A program made the translations under genes and the position numbers. This document shows positions 27,273 through 32,000 of a DNA stretch of 32,000 nt, piece after piece; within the stretch, counting starts at the first letter, position 1, and every line of letters begins with the position of its first letter. The notes under the pieces were generated by a model. That model was not told where the DNA came from and did not search any database. It was given only the letters and a program-made list of their open reading frames with translations. The stretch spans positions 2,130,001-2,162,000 of the forward strand of contig NZ_CP015137.1 of NCBI RefSeq assembly GCF_001644705.1, written 5' to 3'. This stretch comes from Dickeya solani IPO 2222 (GTDB taxonomy: Bacteria; Pseudomonadota; Gammaproteobacteria; Enterobacterales; Enterobacteriaceae).

Positions 27273-28904
27273 TTATTTCTTCTCGCGGCTATGCAGGCCG
27301 CGTTTTTCCAGCCCGCGATAAATCAACTGCTGCTGGGCGATGGTCACCAGGTTGCTGACAATATAGTACAGCACCAGACCTGACGGGAACCACAGGAAGA
27401 ACACGGTGAAGATCACCGGCATGTAGGTCATGATCTTCTGCTGCATCGGGTCGGTGACGGTAGTCGGCGACATCTTCTGAATGAAGAACATGGTCAGACC
27501 CATCAGGATCGGCAGCACGTAGTACGGGTCCTGCGCCGACAGGTCATGAATCCACAGTGCGAACGGCGCGTGGCGCAGCTCTACCGAACCCATCAGCATG
27601 TAGTACAACGCCAGGAAGATCGGCATCTGGATAACCAGCGGGAAGCAGCCGCCCAGCGGATTCACTTTCTCCGCCTTGTACATCGCCATCATTTCCTGGC
27701 TCATGCGCTGCTTGTCGTCGCCGATACGCTCGCGCATTGCCTGCAGTTTCGGCTGCAGCATGCGCATTTTCGCCATCGAGGTGTACTGCGCTTTGGTCAG
27801 CGGGTACATGATGCCGCGCACGATAAAGGTGATGGCGATGATCGAGAAGCCCCAGTTGCCGATAAAGCCGTGCAGGAATTTCAGCAGTTTGAACAGCGGC
27901 TGGGAGATAAACCACAGCCAGCCGTAATCCACGGTCAGGTCCAGATGTGGCGCGACCGCCGCCATCTTATCCTGAATTTCCGGGCCGACCCACAGGGTGG
28001 TGTTCAGGTTCTGCTGGCTGCCCGGCTGTACGATAACCGGCGTGGCCTTAAAGCCGATGGCGGCTAAACCATTACCGAGGTTGACGCTGTAGAACGTGTT
28101 GCTACCCGCAGCCGCTGGTACCCAGGCGGTGGCGAAATACTGTTGCAGCATGGCAACCCAGCCGCCCTGCGTGGAGATGTTCAGGTTCTCTTTCATATCG
28201 CTGAAACTGTATTTGCGATATTTGTCGTCGCTGGAAGAGAACGCTGCGCCACGGTAGGTGTGCAGGGCGAAGTTGTTGCTGCCGGTGTCGCGGTGCGACG
28301 GCAAATCAATGGACTGTTTCAACTGGCCGAACAGGGTCAGCTCCAGCGGCTGGGCGCTGACGTTATTGACGCCGTATTCCACATTCAGCGCGTATTCGCC
28401 GCGTTTCAGCACGAAGGTTTTGGTGAAGCTGACGCCGTTGGCATCGGTGTAGGTCAACGGAATCCGCAGTTCATTCTGGCCGTCGGCCAGTTCAAAGCGA
28501 TCCGCCGGCGCGGTGTACAGCGGGCGTGAGCCGTTGGTCGGGTTGTCCGGGCCGTTTTTGCCGGTCAGGCCGCTCTGCGCCTGGTAAGTAAAGGCCGGGG
28601 TGGTTTCCAGCAGCTTAAATGGCTGGTTGGAGCCCAGTTCCGCCGGGTAGGCCAGCAGGTCGGCTTCTTCGATGTCGCCGCCGCGGGTGTTGATGTTCAG
28701 CGACAACACGTCGGTTTTCACGGTGATCAGTTTACCCTGACCGCTGGCAGGTACGCCCTGGTTGGCTGCATCGCCTACAGCGCCATTCGCCTGTTGCGTG
28801 GTCTGGGTCGCTGCGGGGGGATTTTTGTCCGTTTCCCACTGTTGCCAGATCATGAACGTTACGAATAGCAGAGCGATGAGAAGAAGATTGCGTTGCGAAT
28901 CCAT
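27273..28904 (-). CDS. yidC: Membrane protein insertase YidC
   Basis: 543 aa. [27 protein letters not shown]..., a large periplasmic domain, and a conserved C-terminal 5-TM core (...[19 protein letters not shown]...). Confidence 0.97.
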   Translation of the reverse strand: MDSQRNLLLIALLFVTFMIWQQWETDKNPPAATQTTQQANGAVGDAANQGVPASGQGKLITVKTDVLSLNINTRGGDIEEADLLAYPAELGSNQPFKLLETTPAFTYQAQSGLTGKNGPDNPTNGSRPLYTAPADRFELADGQNELRIPLTYTDANGVSFTKTFVLKRGEYALNVEYGVNNVSAQPLELTLFGQLKQSIDLPSHRDTGSNNFALHTYRGAAFSSSDDKYRKYSFSDMKENLNISTQGGWVAMLQQYFATAWVPAAAGSNTFYSVNLGNGLAAIGFKATPVIVQPGSQQNLNTTLWVGPEIQDKMAAVAPHLDLTVDYGWLWFISQPLFKLLKFLHGFIGNWGFSIIAITFIVRGIMYPLTKAQYTSMAKMRMLQPKLQAMRERIGDDKQRMSQEMMAMYKAEKVNPLGGCFPLVIQMPIFLALYYMLMGSVELRHAPFALWIHDLSAQDPYYVLPILMGLTMFFIQKMSPTTVTDPMQQKIMTYMPVIFTVFFLWFPSGLVLYYIVSNLVTIAQQQLIYRGLEKRGLHSREKK

Positions 28905-28906
28905 CG

Positions 28907-29164
28907 TTAGTGTTCTCTGTTATTGTCGGGTTTTGGCGGTACGGGATCATCACCACCAGGGTTCAAAGGGTGGCATTTTAATACGCGTTTAAGCGTCAAC
29001 CAACTGCCTTTTATCATGCCGAACCGGCGTATTGCTTCAATGCCATATTGGGAGCACGACGGCTGAAAGCGGCAGTGCGGTCCAAGTAGCGGGCTGATAA
29101 AGCGTTGATACCCGCGTATCAGGCCAATCAGCAGGCGTGAGCTAAACGACAGTGACGGCGCCAT
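28907..29164 (-). CDS. yidD: Membrane protein insertion efficiency factor YidD
   Basis: 85 aa. ...[58 protein letters not shown] matches the YidD family. It overlaps the 3' end of rnpA by 37 nt and ends 2 nt before yidC. Confidence 0.93.
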   Translation of the reverse strand: MAPSLSFSSRLLIGLIRGYQRFISPLLGPHCRFQPSCSQYGIEAIRRFGMIKGSWLTLKRVLKCHPLNPGGDDPVPPKPDNNREH

Positions 29165-29487
29165 AATTTTTCCAACGCTTCCGTTAGCGTACGGTTATCC
29201 AGTTCAGACACCCCTTTTTTGGCGATGACGATAAAGTCCATCGCGGGCAGTTCGTGCTGATGCAAACGAAAACTTTCACGCGTCAGGCGCTTGATGCGGT
29301 TGCGTTCGTGAGCCCGTCTGACATGCTTTTTTGCGACGGTGAGACCAATACGAGGGTGCCCCAGCGTATTTGGGCGACCGAGGATGGTGATCTGCGGCGT
29401 ACCGGCCCGTTGTGGCTGCTGGAAGACGAAAGAGAAATGGCTGGGAGTTAACAGACGTAACTCCCTGGGAAAAGCGAGCGTAACCAC
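29128..29487 (-). CDS. rnpA: Ribonuclease P protein component
   Basis: 119 aa. [38 protein letters not shown]...[14 protein letters not shown]... is nearly identical to the E. coli RnpA pattern. Confidence 0.97.
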   Translation of the reverse strand: MVTLAFPRELRLLTPSHFSFVFQQPQRAGTPQITILGRPNTLGHPRIGLTVAKKHVRRAHERNRIKRLTRESFRLHQHELPAMDFIVIAKKGVSELDNRTLTEALEKLWRRHCRLAHAC

Positions 29488-29505
29488 TCGAAGGGTTAGC
29501 TTTTA

Positions 29506-29658
<153 letters not shown>

Positions 29659-29832
29659 CTAAACTTGATTTAAGACTTCACAGTAAACGCGTTTGGCTAC
29701 TCGGCGTGAAAAGTGACCGACGCCTCTATCGCATAATAAAGAGGCGGGATTGTAATAATTGTACAGTCCCGAGTCAATTAACATCCGCGTTTTACCCACC
29801 TGAAACTTTCCGGTTATCCCGGACTTTCTGTT

Positions 29833-29872
29833 TACTCAGCACAGAAAACAGCTACTCAGCACAGAAAACAGG
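29833..29872. repeat. Tandem duplication of a 20-bp unit in the rpmH-dnaA intergenic region
   Basis: TACTCAGCACAGAAAACAGC (29833-29852) is followed directly by TACTCAGCACAGAAAACAGG (29853-29872), identical at 19/20. Confidence 0.9.
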
Positions 29873-29920
29873 CGTTACGCGCAGGCCGAGAATTATACGG
29901 ACTCCACGGGAAAGCGCAAG

Positions 29921-30181
29921 GATCCGCCTGCGATCCTGTCAGTGGGATCATGATCCGCGTCACCACCGATCGTTCCGATTACGTTTATGCTTAAGACCCT
30001 TTTGGGATCCACGGGCGGTTGTGGGTAACCGCACGGACGGCCCGTATGGAACGCCGGAATTGGTGCATACTATAAGTAGAGCCTGTGGATAAAAAGGATC
30101 AAAACTGTGTAGAAAGGGGAGATCTCTGGCGTGGTTTAGGTTATGATCCGCCGTCCCGCTAGCGATCCCAGGATCGGGATC
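29921..30181. promoter_or_regulatory. GATC-dense dnaA promoter/regulatory region (Dam/SeqA target)
   Basis: I hand-counted 12 GATC sites in 261 bp, where about 1 is expected. This includes the perfect palindrome GGATCATGATCC (29945-29956). The region lies 140-400 bp upstream of the dnaA GTG. Confidence 0.8.
30084..30092 (-). promoter_or_regulatory. Consensus DnaA box (TTATCCACA on the minus strand)
   Basis: The plus strand reads TGTGGATAA at 30084-30092, a perfect 9/9 complement of the R-box consensus. It sits about 230 bp upstream of the dnaA start, as expected for autoregulation. Confidence 0.85.
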
Positions 30182-30319
30182 GTCACGGTAAAGCCGCTTT
30201 CTGCGCGGCGCACCCCGGCGCAGCCGTATCCATGCGTAGCCGGGTGCCTGAAAAATCATGAGTTACATAACTAACGTCTGTTCCTTTTCTTGATTGACCT
30301 TGTTCGAGTGGAGTCCGCC

Positions 30320-31708
30320 GTGTCACTTTCGCTTTGGCAGCAGTGTCTTGCCCGTTTGCAGGATGAGTTACCTGCCACAGAATTCAGTATGTGGATACGC
30401 CCGTTACAGGCGGAACTGAGTGACAACACTCTGGCGCTTTACGCCCCGAATCGTTTTGTACTGGATTGGGTGCGCGATAAATACATCAATAATATCAATG
30501 GACTGTTGAATGATTTCTGCGGCATGGATGCGCCGTTACTGCGTTTTGAAGTCGGCAGCAAGCCGATGACGCCTGTTGTTGTTCCAACCGGTCACCACAG
30601 CGCTGCCGTACCCGCGCCTCAGGCGCGTGCCGCCTCGCCGGTGCGCCCGAGCTGGGAAACCCCGGTGGCGCTGGCTGAACACACCTATCGTTCCAACGTG
30701 AACCCCAAGCATACCTTTGACAACTTCGTGGAAGGTAAGTCCAACCAGCTGGCCCGCGCGGCGGCGCGTCAGGTGGCGGACAATCCCGGCGGCGCTTACA
30801 ACCCGCTGTTTCTGTACGGCGGCACTGGTCTGGGTAAAACTCACCTGCTGCACGCGGTGGGCAATGGCATTATGGCCCGCAAGCCGAATGCCAAGGTGGT
30901 GTACATGCACTCCGAGCGTTTCGTGCAGGATATGGTCAAGGCGCTGCAGAATAACGCCATCGAAGAATTCAAACGCTATTACCGCTCGGTGGATGCGCTG
31001 CTGATCGATGACATTCAGTTTTTTGCCAATAAAGAGCGTTCGCAGGAAGAGTTTTTCCATACTTTCAACGCATTGTTGGAAGGCAACCAACAGATCATCC
31101 TGACGTCGGATCGTTACCCTAAAGAGATCAACGGGGTGGAAGATCGTCTCAAGTCCCGTTTTGGCTGGGGGTTGACTGTCGCGATCGAGCCGCCGGAGTT
31201 GGAAACCCGCGTGGCGATCCTGATGAAGAAAGCGGACGAAAACGATATTCGCCTGCCGGGCGAAGTAGCGTTTTTTATCGCCAAGCGTCTGCGTTCCAAT
31301 GTGCGTGAGCTGGAAGGCGCGCTGAACCGTGTGATCGCCAACGCCAATTTCACCGGCCGGTCGATCACCATCGATTTTGTGCGCGAAGCGCTGCGCGACC
31401 TGCTGGCGTTGCAGGAAAAGCTGGTCACCATCGACAATATTCAGAAGACGGTGGCGGAGTACTATAAGATTAAAGTGGCCGACCTGTTGTCCAAACGGCG
31501 TTCACGTTCGGTGGCCCGTCCGCGCCAGATGGCGATGGCGCTGGCCAAAGAGCTGACCAACCACAGCCTGCCGGAGATCGGCGACGCGTTCGGTGGCCGT
31601 GACCATACCACCGTGCTGCATGCCTGCCGCAAGATCGAGCAGCTGCGCGAGGAAAGTCACGACATCAAAGAAGATTTTTCCAATTTAATCCGAACCTTAT
31701 CGTCATAA
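30320..31708 (+). CDS. dnaA: Chromosomal replication initiator protein DnaA
   Basis: GTG start at 30320 ([55 protein letters not shown]...), as in E. coli. Walker [14 protein letters not shown]. The C-terminal DNA-binding domain ends ...[34 protein letters not shown]. 462 aa. Confidence 0.97.
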   Translation: MSLSLWQQCLARLQDELPATEFSMWIRPLQAELSDNTLALYAPNRFVLDWVRDKYINNINGLLNDFCGMDAPLLRFEVGSKPMTPVVVPTGHHSAAVPAPQARAASPVRPSWETPVALAEHTYRSNVNPKHTFDNFVEGKSNQLARAAARQVADNPGGAYNPLFLYGGTGLGKTHLLHAVGNGIMARKPNAKVVYMHSERFVQDMVKALQNNAIEEFKRYYRSVDALLIDDIQFFANKERSQEEFFHTFNALLEGNQQIILTSDRYPKEINGVEDRLKSRFGWGLTVAIEPPELETRVAILMKKADENDIRLPGEVAFFIAKRLRSNVRELEGALNRVIANANFTGRSITIDFVREALRDLLALQEKLVTIDNIQKTVAEYYKIKVADLLSKRRSRSVARPRQMAMALAKELTNHSLPEIGDAFGGRDHTTVLHACRKIEQLREESHDIKEDFSNLIRTLSS

Positions 31709-31712
31709 CATC

Positions 31713-32000
31713 ATGAAATTTATCGTTGAGCGTGAGCATCTGTTAAAACCGTTGCAACAGGTCAGCAGCCCGCTGGGCGGGCGACCGACGTTGCCGATTC
31801 TGGGCAACCTGTTGTTGCAGGTCAGCGAAGGCCGGTTATCGCTGACCGGTACCGATCTGGAAATGGAGATGGTGGCGCATTTGGCGCTGACGCAGCCCCA
31901 TGAACCGGGCGCGACTACCGTTCCGGCCCGCAAGCTGTTCGATATTTGCCGTGGTCTGCCGGATGGCGCAGAGATTTCCGTCACCCTGGAAGGGGATCGG
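31713..32000 (+). CDS. dnaN: DNA polymerase III beta sliding clamp, N-terminal part (3' end lies outside the window)
   Basis: The ATG at 31713 lies 4 nt after the dnaA stop. MKFIVEREHLLKPLQQVSSPLGGRPTLPILGNLLLQVSEGRLSLTGTDLEMEMVA... is nearly identical to the E. coli DnaN N-terminus. The frame is open to the window end. Confidence 0.96.
   Translation, partial: MKFIVEREHLLKPLQQVSSPLGGRPTLPILGNLLLQVSEGRLSLTGTDLEMEMVAHLALTQPHEPGATTVPARKLFDICRGLPDGAEISVTLEGDR

Noticed and set aside
29833-29872. The 20-bp tandem repeat as a possible CRISPR or minisatellite array.
   Set aside because: There are only two directly abutting copies, no spacers, and no cas genes.

Overview
Chromosomal, origin-proximal window from a GC-rich Enterobacterales genome. 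The GC level is judged by eye: a hand-counted coding line, 13741-13800, has 41/60 G+C. The backbone follows the order I recall for E. coli K-12: pstB-phoU ... yieH-adeP-yieE ... mnmE-yidC-yidD-rnpA-rpmH, then divergent dnaA-dnaN. Two intervals differ from that order. (1) Between phoU and yieH lies a polar-amino-acid-type ABC importer (binding protein plus two permeases) with no ATPase gene, and a 153-bp palindromic MITE-like repeat sits inside the operon. (2) Between yieE and mnmE (about 7.0-25.8 kb) lie several units:
- an AegA-like Fe-S/flavin oxidoreductase translationally coupled to a paralogous ferredoxin;
- a roughly 1.1-kb AT-rich stretch with no ORF of 60 aa or more;
- an ERIC element;
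- the complete arnBCADTEF lipid A aminoarabinose operon;
- a mosaic of accessory genes: a GNAT, an NAD(P)H-binding protein with an HxlR regulator, an orphan 4-hydroxyphenylpyruvate dioxygenase, and an MBL-fold hydrolase with a GlxA/AraC regulator;
- a hipBA toxin-antitoxin module.
I saw no rRNA, tRNA, CRISPR array, transposase or integrase. I do not see a convincing new multi-gene system. The least explained sequence is the AT-rich ORF-free region at 9.99-11.02 kb. It contains an orphan minus-strand promoter/terminator pair (candidate sRNA or attenuator), a PmrA-box-like site and the ERIC insertion in the arn leader. The non-canonical hipBA operator architecture is the next most interesting item. 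All functional calls rest on my reading of the translations and remembered homologs; no database search was run.
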